Shown here piece by piece: positions 8,894 through 16,038 of a DNA stretch of 21,080 bases. Each line of letters starts with the position of its first letter. The stretch's first letter is position 1. Source of the DNA: Bacilli bacterium (GTDB lineage Bacteria; Bacillota_I; Bacilli_A; Haloplasmatales; Haloplasmataceae); assembly GCA_012516175.1 (NCBI GenBank), contig JAAYWZ010000081.1, forward strand, positions 1-21,080, given 5' to 3'. The position numbers were made by a program, and so were the translations under genes. The notes beneath the pieces were generated by a model. That model had not been told where the DNA came from. It did no database searches and was given only the letters and a program-made list of their open reading frames with translations.

Positions 8894-9496
8894 GTGTTCG
8901 ATTATTTTAAGAACTTAACCACAGAACAATCCATCTATTTCTATGTAGCAATATTCTTTTCTGTAGTATTCATTTTACAAACCATTTTTACTTTTCTAGA
9001 TTTAGGGGAAAGTTTTAACTTCGATGCTGATTTTGATAGTGATGTCGATGTTGATTTGGGTGATACATTAGGACTTCCATTCCACTTATTTAGTGTACGT
9101 GGAATTATAAGCTTTTTTATGGTTTTAGGTTGGAGTGGATTCCTATTAAGCAAGAATGGCGTCCATCCTGTAATAACCTTTCTTTTGGCATTTGTTTTTG
9201 GTGCTATTACGATGTTTTTAATTGCGCTAATTTATGGATTGGCGCTTCGATTAGAAGATCATGGCACAATGAGTTTAAAAAGTGCTATTGGTAAAGAAGC
9301 TGAAGTATATTTACCCATACCTGAAAATAACACTGGTATTGGTAAAGTACATGTCATTATAAATGAATCGTTGCGAGAAGTTGACGCGATTACTTATGAT
9401 GAGAATATTCCGACTGGTACGATAGTTAAAATTGTCAATGTACTTAATGATAAAGTCGTAGTGGAAAAAATAAAGAAGAGTGAAGGAGAGAATTAG
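8894..9496 (+). CDS. nfeD: NfeD-family membrane protein (YuaF-like), the partner of flotillin
   Basis: GTG start with RBS AAAGGGGGG. The N-terminal half is hydrophobic membrane segments. The C-terminal ~70 aa form a beta-rich, OB-fold-like domain (EAEVYLPIPENNTGIGKVHVIINESLREVDAITYDENIPTGTIVKIVNV). Its stop lies 1 nt before the flotillin start. This is the classic yuaF-floT arrangement. Confidence 0.75.
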   Translation: MFDYFKNLTTEQSIYFYVAIFFSVVFILQTIFTFLDLGESFNFDADFDSDVDVDLGDTLGLPFHLFSVRGIISFFMVLGWSGFLLSKNGVHPVITFLLAFVFGAITMFLIALIYGLALRLEDHGTMSLKSAIGKEAEVYLPIPENNTGIGKVHVIINESLREVDAITYDENIPTGTIVKIVNVLNDKVVVEKIKKSEGEN

Positions 9497-9497
9497 T

Positions 9498-10895
9498 ATG
9501 ATTCTTGCAGGTTCATTACTCCCCATTTTAATTTTAATTGCGGTACTGGTTGTACTTGCAATAATTTTCGTAATTAGCAGATTCCGTATCTGCCCATCCG
9601 ATAAGATTCTCGTCATCTATGGTAGGAATCGTAAAACGGAAACAGGAGAAACCAGAAGTAGTAAATGTATTCATGGTGGTTGGGCGTTTGTCTGGCCAAT
9701 TATTCAAGAATATAAGTATATGGACTTAACTCCCATGTCCATTGAAGTTAACTTGACAAATGCTTTGTCCCGCCAAAACATCCGTGTCGATGTTCCAAGT
9801 AGATTTACCGTAGGGATTTCTACTGAACCAGGCGTTATGCAAAATGCGGCTGAACGCTTACTTGGTTTAAGCCACAATGATATTAAAGCATTAGCTAGCG
9901 ATATGCTTTTCGGGCAATTACGTTTAGTTGTGGCGACAATGGATATTGAAGAAATTAACGCTGACCGTGATAAATTCTTAGCCAACATTCAAAAGAACGT
10001 TGAACAAGAATTAAAGAAAATTGGTCTCAAGCTAATCAACGTTAACGTAACCGATATTAAAGATGAATCAGGTTATATTGAAGCGTTAGGTAAAGAAGCA
10101 GCAGCGAAAGCGATTAATGATGCGCGTAAATCAGTCGCAGAAAAGAACCGCGATGGTTCAATCGGTGAAGCCAATGCGAAACAAGAAGAACGGATTAAGG
10201 TAGCACAAGCCAATGCGGCAGCAGTTCAAGGGGAAAATGATGCGAAGATTCTCATCGCTAACTCTGAAGCAAATCGTCGGGAAAAAGAAGCGATTGCGGA
10301 AAAAGTTGCGGTTACCGCAGAAAAAGTTCAACGGGCTAAAGCATTACAAGAATCCTACTTGGCCGAAGAAGAAGCCGAACTTGCGCGGGCTAAACGGGAA
10401 CGGGCAACGCTTGAAGCCGATACCTTAGTTAGAGCTGATATTGAAAAAGAAAAGATTCAAATTGAAGCGGAAGCGGAAGCTGAACGAATTAGACGGCAAG
10501 CTAAAGGGGAAGCTGATGCTATTCTCTTTAAGATGCAAGCACAAGCTGATGGTATTTATGCAATCTTAACTAAACAAGCTCAAGGTTTCGCTGAACTTGT
10601 TCAAGCTGCGGGTGGCGATCCACAATCTGCAATCACCATGATGATTACCGATAAATTACCTGAACTTGTTAAAGCACAAGTTGAAGCGATTAAAGGTATC
10701 AAGATCGATAAAGTTACTGTTTGGGATTCGCTCGGAAAAGATGGCGATGGTACACCAAGTACCGCGAAATTCATTTCTGGTATGTTAAAGTCACTTCCAC
10801 CATTTGAAGATATCTTTAAAATGGCAGGGATGGAACTACCAAGTTTCTTCAAGAGTAAGACAGAAAAAACGGAAACTGAACATGTAACTGAATAA
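9498..10895 (+). CDS. floT: Flotillin (FloT/YuaG-like SPFH-domain protein)
   Basis: The ATG at 9498 has RBS GAAGGAGAG 7 nt upstream; the ORF track begins at the in-frame GTG at 9480. It has an N-terminal TM anchor and an SPFH/band-7 domain. A long Ala/Glu-rich coiled coil follows, containing EAEAEAE flotillin repeats (KIQIEAEAEAERIRRQAKGEAD). Overall it resembles B. subtilis FloT. Confidence 0.9.
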   Translation: MILAGSLLPILILIAVLVVLAIIFVISRFRICPSDKILVIYGRNRKTETGETRSSKCIHGGWAFVWPIIQEYKYMDLTPMSIEVNLTNALSRQNIRVDVPSRFTVGISTEPGVMQNAAERLLGLSHNDIKALASDMLFGQLRLVVATMDIEEINADRDKFLANIQKNVEQELKKIGLKLINVNVTDIKDESGYIEALGKEAAAKAINDARKSVAEKNRDGSIGEANAKQEERIKVAQANAAAVQGENDAKILIANSEANRREKEAIAEKVAVTAEKVQRAKALQESYLAEEEAELARAKRERATLEADTLVRADIEKEKIQIEAEAEAERIRRQAKGEADAILFKMQAQADGIYAILTKQAQGFAELVQAAGGDPQSAITMMITDKLPELVKAQVEAIKGIKIDKVTVWDSLGKDGDGTPSTAKFISGMLKSLPPFEDIFKMAGMELPSFFKSKTEKTETEHVTE

Positions 10896-10904
10896 TTGCT
10901 GATA

Positions 10905-10941
10905 ATAAATAGGGATGTTTAACATCCCTATTATTTTTTTA
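10905..10941 (+). terminator. Strong Rho-independent terminator after the flotillin operon
   Basis: taaat-agggatg – tttaa – catccct-attat, followed by TTTTTTT (10934–10940). Confidence 0.85.
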
Positions 10942-10953
10942 TAATACCTATCC

Positions 10954-10982
10954 TTGAATAATTAAACTATTTGTCATACAAT
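10954..10982 (+). promoter_or_regulatory. Sigma-70-type promoter of the ATPase/HEPN module
   Basis: TTGAAT (10954–10959), 17-nt spacer, TACAAT (10977–10982). RBS AGGAAAGG lies at 10992–10999. Confidence 0.55.
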
Positions 10983-11001
10983 AAACTTAATAGGAAAGGT
11001 T

Positions 11002-12159
11002 GTGATAATCTTGCTAATTCAACTAGCAATTGAAAATTACCGTTCCATTAAAGACCCAATTATCTTATCGCTCCTTGCTAGTAAGGATCCTTTACATAAG
11101 TTATATCTTCGTAATAGTGCTTCATTAAGCATTTTACCTACTTCACTTATTATTGGCACCAATGGGGCAGGTAAATCCAATGTCTTTAAAGCTGTTAAGT
11201 ATCTTCAATCGATACTTCAACGAGGTATTGAGGAGATAAAGGTATATCCCCACTTTTCTAGTAAAGTAAGTGAACCAACCCGCATCGATCTTCAGTTTAC
11301 ACTTGATAATAAACGTTTTGTATATGGTGTAGATTTAGTGAAAAATGAGGTTAAGAATGAATTCTTATATGTTTATGAAGGCGAAAAGGAGACAATACTC
11401 TATCTTAAAGAAAACAATGCTTATAAATACGATGCTTCACTAAAAACAGTATTTAGTGATGCAATAAATAAAATGGGAAAAGAGAAACTCTTATTACCTT
11501 TGTTATGTGATTATACGGATCATCCTTTAATAAGGAAAGTATATGAGTTTCTTACTAAAAACATTATTGTGATTATGTCGGAAGCAGATGATGAAGCTAC
11601 AATTTATCAACAGGCATTAAGTGATTTCAAACAATTAGGTGTTGAAGAAGAAGTCAACAGTTATCTAAATGATATTGATATTGGTATAAAAGCCTTTATA
11701 AATAAAGATAATGATATTTATGTTAGCTACAATTATGGAGAAATAAACATCAATGAAGAATCGAGGGGAGTACAAAAACTCTTTACCTTATTAGTCATAA
11801 TTAATAAGGTTTTAAAAGAAGGAAAAGTACTTCTCTTTGATGAATTTGAAAAACACATGCACCAAGCCTTTATCAAATATTTTATCAATTTATTTAATGA
11901 CCCTTTAATAAATCCTAATAACGCCCAATTGCTTTTTTCCGCTCATAATACTACTTTGTTAGATTTAAGAGTTTTCCGTCGTGATCAAATTTGGCTAATG
12001 GATAAGGATTTAAAAAGTATGTCCACGGTATGTTACTCATTATATGAAATTGAAGATGTCTTAGATAATGAAAACATCGAATTAGGATACCTTTTGGGTA
12101 AGTATGGTGCAACCTATGAGTTTAAACATGGTGGGGTAGTTAAAAATGAAGAAGAATAG
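11002..12159 (+). CDS. ABC/AAA_21-type (OLD/Abi-like) ATPase. The likely true start is the TTG at 11011
   Basis: The N-terminus LLIQLAIENYRSIKDP matches the characteristic M-I-x-x-L-x-I-x-N-F/Y-R-S-I start of AAA_15/AAA_21 Abi ATPases. Walker A is GTNGAGKSN. The Walker B/D-loop region is VLLFDEFEKHMH. The C-terminal H-loop motif is QLLFSAHNTTLLD. Confidence 0.8.
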   Translation: MIILLIQLAIENYRSIKDPIILSLLASKDPLHKLYLRNSASLSILPTSLIIGTNGAGKSNVFKAVKYLQSILQRGIEEIKVYPHFSSKVSEPTRIDLQFTLDNKRFVYGVDLVKNEVKNEFLYVYEGEKETILYLKENNAYKYDASLKTVFSDAINKMGKEKLLLPLLCDYTDHPLIRKVYEFLTKNIIVIMSEADDEATIYQQALSDFKQLGVEEEVNSYLNDIDIGIKAFINKDNDIYVSYNYGEININEESRGVQKLFTLLVIINKVLKEGKVLLFDEFEKHMHQAFIKYFINLFNDPLINPNNAQLLFSAHNTTLLDLRVFRRDQIWLMDKDLKSMSTVCYSLYEIEDVLDNENIELGYLLGKYGATYEFKHGGVVKNEEE

Positions 12160-12862
12160 AACTTCCCTCTATAACCGTGAGACGACAAAAAGAAGGAAAA
12201 ACGTCCATTATATTGATAAAGAAGCGAAAGACATTATTCTAGGGTTTCGCAAAAACATTACACGTATTAAGGAACAATATAAAATAATAGATTATCTCAT
12301 GAATAAACAAGAATATGAAGCAGCTAATGATATTTTGAGATTTCAAATTGTTTATGTGATGAGTGCTTTAGACTTCTTTCTTCATGAGATCTATGTATAC
12401 TGTTTCATCAAAATCTTTAATAACGAATTACCAAAAACAGATAGATATTATGAGTATCGGGTTCCTTTAAGACTAATCGAACAAGCGTTATATGACCAAG
12501 AGAACTTTGAAATGTATCTTACCAATGCCTTAATCGAATTAAATAGTAATCTCACCTTTATGGCACCTAATCGGATTAAAGAATTACTTAACATCATTAC
12601 CCCTGAGGATGAATTTACGATTGCGGAAGAAATGTTAAAAAAGAAGGGAATAATTAAACCTGGAGTTAGGCTAATTCGTTTACTTGATGAGATTTATGAC
12701 AGGCGCAATAAGATTGCCCATCAGACTGATATCAATCATGGTTGTGATGAAAAAAATATCATCACCAAACAAGAAGTGGAATACTATGTGGATGTTATCC
12801 ATAATTTCGTTGAAGAAGTATTCAAAATTATAATCCAACAAACAAGAAAGGATTTTAAGTAA
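12146..12862 (+). CDS. HEPN-like putative RNase, the partner of the ATPase
   Basis: Its start overlaps the ATPase stop by 14 nt; RBS GGTGGGG is 6 nt upstream. The protein is all-alpha. Near the C-terminus it has a canonical HEPN R-N-x-x-x-H motif: IYDRRNKIAHQTD. Confidence 0.55.
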   Translation: MKKNRTSLYNRETTKRRKNVHYIDKEAKDIILGFRKNITRIKEQYKIIDYLMNKQEYEAANDILRFQIVYVMSALDFFLHEIYVYCFIKIFNNELPKTDRYYEYRVPLRLIEQALYDQENFEMYLTNALIELNSNLTFMAPNRIKELLNIITPEDEFTIAEEMLKKKGIIKPGVRLIRLLDEIYDRRNKIAHQTDINHGCDEKNIITKQEVEYYVDVIHNFVEEVFKIIIQQTRKDFK

Positions 12863-12876
12863 CTTACTTAAAATCC
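12850..12876. terminator. Perfect 13/13 palindrome filling the gap between two convergent genes; candidate bidirectional terminator
   Basis: ggattttaagtaa c ttacttaaaatcc. It overlaps the HEPN stop codon (12860–12862) and abuts the stop of the minus-strand thioesterase (12877–12879). The flanking T-runs are only modest. Confidence 0.5.
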
Positions 12877-13296
12877 TTAATCTTTATGAATCAATTTCAG
12901 ATAAACAGCATAGATGTCAGGGGCTTTTTTATTAATCTTGGTGATTTGAAAAGTCTCCTTGTCAACAGAGATTAGAGTAACTTGACCCTTGGCTTTAAGT
13001 TCACCAGTATCATTATAGATAGTTTGCTCGTAGGTGGTTTTAATTGCGTTAAAATCAACAACTTTAGTTTCTACATAGATTTTTTCTCCATAAAAACAGG
13101 GTCGAAAATATTCGATATGAACTTCACGAACGGGGAAAAGCAGGCCACGATTCTCTAAATCAACATAATCAAATCCTAAATCTTTGATAAAGTGCGATCG
13201 TGCTACCTCAAACCACACCAGATAATTCGCATGATAAACAACCCCCATTTGGTCCGTTTCACTGTAACGAACTTCGATTTCAGTTCTTGATATCAT
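12877..13296 (-). CDS. YbgC/4HBT-family acyl-CoA thioesterase (hotdog fold)
   Basis: 139 aa. MISRTEIEVRYSETDQMGVVYHANYLVWFEVARSHF is the hallmark N-terminus of the 4-hydroxybenzoyl-CoA thioesterase/YbgC family. RBS is GAGGTG. Confidence 0.85.
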   Translation of the reverse strand: MISRTEIEVRYSETDQMGVVYHANYLVWFEVARSHFIKDLGFDYVDLENRGLLFPVREVHIEYFRPCFYGEKIYVETKVVDFNAIKTTYEQTIYNDTGELKAKGQVTLISVDKETFQITKINKKAPDIYAVYLKLIHKD

Positions 13297-13419
13297 ATTT
13301 ACACCTCACTAATCAAGTTATCATATAATTATATTGATTTGCGACTTTATTTAGCTTTTTATTTTGAATTCAACTAAATTATCAGTTATAATTATGTCAA
13401 AATTAGGTAGGAGAAGCTT

Positions 13420-13896
13420 ATGAAACTAGTATTTAAAATATCCTTATTGCTTATTTGGATGGGAGTCATCTTCTACTTTTCCCATCAACCAGGAAATGTT
13501 AGTAGTGAAACAAGTCTTTTTGTGCTTAATCTTTTTAATATAATCGGTGTAGATATTAATTCTCCATTAGGAGAATTTATGCATCTAATAATAAGGAAAC
13601 TAGCTCATTTTACCGAGTATTTTATCTTGAGTCTCCTTTTTTATAACATTATTAGACCGTATACTAAATATAAATATTGGTATTCGCTACTTTTCGCATT
13701 TTTCTATGCTTGTACTGATGAACTTCATCAGTATTACATTCCTAATCGGATCGGTTCATTTATTGATGTATTGATTGATACAACTGGTGCTAGCCTGGCG
13801 ATGCTTTTAATGTATCTCATTAATCGACTTAAACCTAAAGTAAGTTCTCCATATCAGGAGGAAGAGGAATCTTTACTTCAAAAGGTTCCATCGTAA
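13420..13896 (+). CDS. VanZ-like family membrane protein
   Basis: 158 aa with RBS AGGAGAAG. It carries the VanZ signatures RKLAHFTEYFILSLLF and CTDELHQYYIPNRIGSFIDVLIDTTGA. Confidence 0.7.
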   Translation: MKLVFKISLLLIWMGVIFYFSHQPGNVSSETSLFVLNLFNIIGVDINSPLGEFMHLIIRKLAHFTEYFILSLLFYNIIRPYTKYKYWYSLLFAFFYACTDELHQYYIPNRIGSFIDVLIDTTGASLAMLLMYLINRLKPKVSSPYQEEEESLLQKVPS

Positions 13897-14731
13897 CAGG
13901 GTGGATGAGCTGTAATTTATAGGCATGTAAAGCTTGTCTTGTTATTAAGGGAGATTTACCACCATATAAATCATCGCCTAGAATGGGATGATTTAAAGAC
14001 GCAAGATGAATGCGGATTTGATGGGTTCTACCTGTTTCTAATTCTAACTCAACTAAACTATAATCTTTATGTTCCCGTTTAACTTGATATTTAGTAATTG
14101 CTTCTTGTCCAGAATTAGCTATCACCATACGATCGGATAGGTGTCTGTGCCTGCCGATTTTTTTATTTATTATACCGCTTTTTTGTTTTAAATGACCATG
14201 GACAAGGGCTAAATAACAGCGTTTGATAATTTTTTGTTCGAGTAGGACATCATATAGATTATGGGTAAAATAGTTCTTCACAAATACTATTAACCCCGTT
14301 GTATCCCTATCTAATCGATGTATATAACGAACACGATGGTTTTGGTTCGTAATCTGATAATAATAACTTACTCTATTTACTAATGTACCTAACCTATTTT
14401 TCGAATCAGGATGAACTTCTAGTTGAGGTGGTTTATTCACAACAAGGATAAAATCATCTTCATAAGCGATATCAATCGGCTTATCATCAGGAAGAAAATC
14501 AACGTCCTCATCAATAAAAATGGGTAATCTAAGCTCATCATTTTCACTTAGTTTAATAGAAAAGTCTTGCTTGATATTTTTTCCATTAAGAAATACATCT
14601 TTACTCATCCTTAAGTGATGGATGAGTTTTTTTGAACTGTGATAATGTTTTAATAATTCTAGTATCGTAAAATTATGAAAATCCTTGGATATGGTTAATA
14701 CTAAATAGTGTGACTCTTTCCAATATTTCAT
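13835..14731 (-). CDS. RluA-family 23S rRNA pseudouridine synthase (RluD/RluC-like)
   Basis: Catalytic motif HRLDRDTTGLIVFVKN, with an N-terminal S4-like region. The ORF track extends to 14761, but the ATG at 14731 (MKYWKE) has an RBS (GGTGA) whereas the ATG at 14761 has none. Its 3' end overlaps the VanZ gene by 62 nt. Confidence 0.8.
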   Translation of the reverse strand: MKYWKESHYLVLTISKDFHNFTILELLKHYHSSKKLIHHLRMSKDVFLNGKNIKQDFSIKLSENDELRLPIFIDEDVDFLPDDKPIDIAYEDDFILVVNKPPQLEVHPDSKNRLGTLVNRVSYYYQITNQNHRVRYIHRLDRDTTGLIVFVKNYFTHNLYDVLLEQKIIKRCYLALVHGHLKQKSGIINKKIGRHRHLSDRMVIANSGQEAITKYQVKREHKDYSLVELELETGRTHQIRIHLASLNHPILGDDLYGGKSPLITRQALHAYKLQLIHPVTMEPFEVKIPLPPDMENLL

Positions 14732-14813
14732 AGCATCACCCAGATTATTTGACATGAGCATATCTTTAGTTTACCATATGTAATAGAGATAATAAATGTG
14801 AGGTGTGAAAATT

Positions 14814-15620
14814 ATGCAAAACTTTTATCAAACAACGATCAAATTTCCCGAAATTGATATGGAAAAGGTGTTTAATCTTATCATAACATACGGTTTAAAG
14901 GTATTATATGCCTTAATAATTCTCTTTATTGGTCGAAGACTCATCAAATGGTTAATTAAACATCTAAATAAACACCTAGATAAGAAACATGTGGATACTT
15001 CTTTAAAAACCTTCTTGGCGCCTTTAATCAATGTAACCCTAAATATATTGTTAATTCTCTCCCTCATTGGGATGTTCGGGATTGAGGTTACTTCCTTTGT
15101 GGCAATTCTAGGGGCGGTTAGCTTATCAGTTGGTCTTGCATTTCAAGGTAGTTTGGCAAATTTTGCGGGTGGTGTGCTCATTCTCGTTCTAAAACCCTAT
15201 CGTGCTGGTGATTTCATTGAGACTGATAAGTATATTGGGGTTGTTAAGGAAATCCGCATCTTCTATACGATTCTTAATACTGTTGATAACCGTAAAGTCA
15301 TCATTCCAAATGCAAACCTCTCGAATGCGAGTTTAATTAATCATTCAGCCTATCCTTATCGAAGATTAGAGATGAAGTTTTCCTTTACTATTGATAATGA
15401 TATCGAAAAAGTTAAATCAGTAATTGAAAAGATTATTAATGAACAAGATTATGTCTTAAAGGAACCACGGCCATCGATTTTCTTTAGCGATATGAACCAA
15501 AAGAAACTCAACTTTAGCGTCTATGTTTGGGTGAATAATGCGGAGATGTTAGTAGTTCAAGATGAGCTGATGTATAAATTTAAAGCAGCATTCGATCAAG
15601 AAGGTATAAATTTAGCCTAA
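14814..15620 (+). CDS. MscS-family small-conductance mechanosensitive channel
   Basis: The ORF track opens at GTG 14805; the ATG at 14814 has RBS TGAGGTGTGA ~6 nt upstream. Pore-lining TM3 and beta-domain signature: LSVGLAFQGSLANFAGGVLILVLKPYRAGDFIE. Confidence 0.85.
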   Translation: MQNFYQTTIKFPEIDMEKVFNLIITYGLKVLYALIILFIGRRLIKWLIKHLNKHLDKKHVDTSLKTFLAPLINVTLNILLILSLIGMFGIEVTSFVAILGAVSLSVGLAFQGSLANFAGGVLILVLKPYRAGDFIETDKYIGVVKEIRIFYTILNTVDNRKVIIPNANLSNASLINHSAYPYRRLEMKFSFTIDNDIEKVKSVIEKIINEQDYVLKEPRPSIFFSDMNQKKLNFSVYVWVNNAEMLVVQDELMYKFKAAFDQEGINLA

Positions 15621-15623
15621 TAT

Positions 15624-15655
15624 AAAAAGGGACTTAATAGTCCCTTTCGTCATTT
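15624..15655. terminator. Bidirectional stem-loop shared by mscS (+) and the convergent minus-strand gene
   Basis: aaagggact – taat – agtcccttt. The loop contains the stop codon of the minus-strand gene (15634–15636). T-rich flanks on both strands. Confidence 0.6.
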
Positions 15656-15987
15656 TCTAAGAATTCATTGATTATAACGAGGGTTTCTTCACAAACTTGT
15701 GCTGTTAAAGAGGTTTTCGCATCTGAGAACTTTTCACATTCTTCTTTAGTGTCTTGAATTACTTTTGCACAAAGGCTAGTAATCTCTTTTAGATAAGGAG
15801 AATCATTGATATAGGCTTGTGCAGTATATAGGGTATAGTTATTACATTCATATAAGAGTTTTATGAGACGATTTCTTTGATTCAAATCTAAGGCATTAAG
15901 GCTATAATCAATACACTCTAAGCAGATTTGATTTAAATCATGGAGAAAATCAATGCAGTCTTGATGTAGAGCATTTTCGATGACCAT
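15634..15987 (-). CDS. Four-helix-bundle DUF326/YhjQ-like (copper-storage-protein-like) protein that has lost most of the family's Cys ligands
   Basis: 117 aa with strong RBS AAGGAGG. It aligns by eye with B. subtilis YhjQ (DSPYLKEITSLCAKVIQD vs DSPFMKEICALCADI). Only 7 Cys remain against the family's usual many CxxxC repeats. Confidence 0.5.
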   Translation of the reverse strand: MVIENALHQDCIDFLHDLNQICLECIDYSLNALDLNQRNRLIKLLYECNNYTLYTAQAYINDSPYLKEITSLCAKVIQDTKEECEKFSDAKTSLTAQVCEETLVIINEFLENDERDY

Positions 15988-16038
15988 ATATTAACCTCCT
16001 TGCCTTATTATTATGAGAAAATTTTGGAAGATTAATAC

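Noticed and set aside
8026-10852. Small ORFs 8026–8259(-), 8941–9153(-), 9311–9616(-), 9704–9988(-), 10213–10428(+), 10601–10852(-)
   Set aside because: All are embedded in, or antisense to, the well-supported membrane-protein, nfeD and floT genes. The 10213–10428 ORF is an alternative frame of the Ala/Glu-repeat region. None has signals.
6809-14813. GTG/TTG starts used by the ORF track at 6809, 9480 and 14805
   Set aside because: In each case an in-frame ATG with a properly spaced Shine-Dalgarno lies 9–18 nt downstream (6818, 9498, 14814). The upstream alternative codons would place the start on top of, or before, the RBS.
14828-15067. 79-aa minus-strand ORF inside mscS
   Set aside because: Antisense shadow ORF within a strongly supported MscS CDS.
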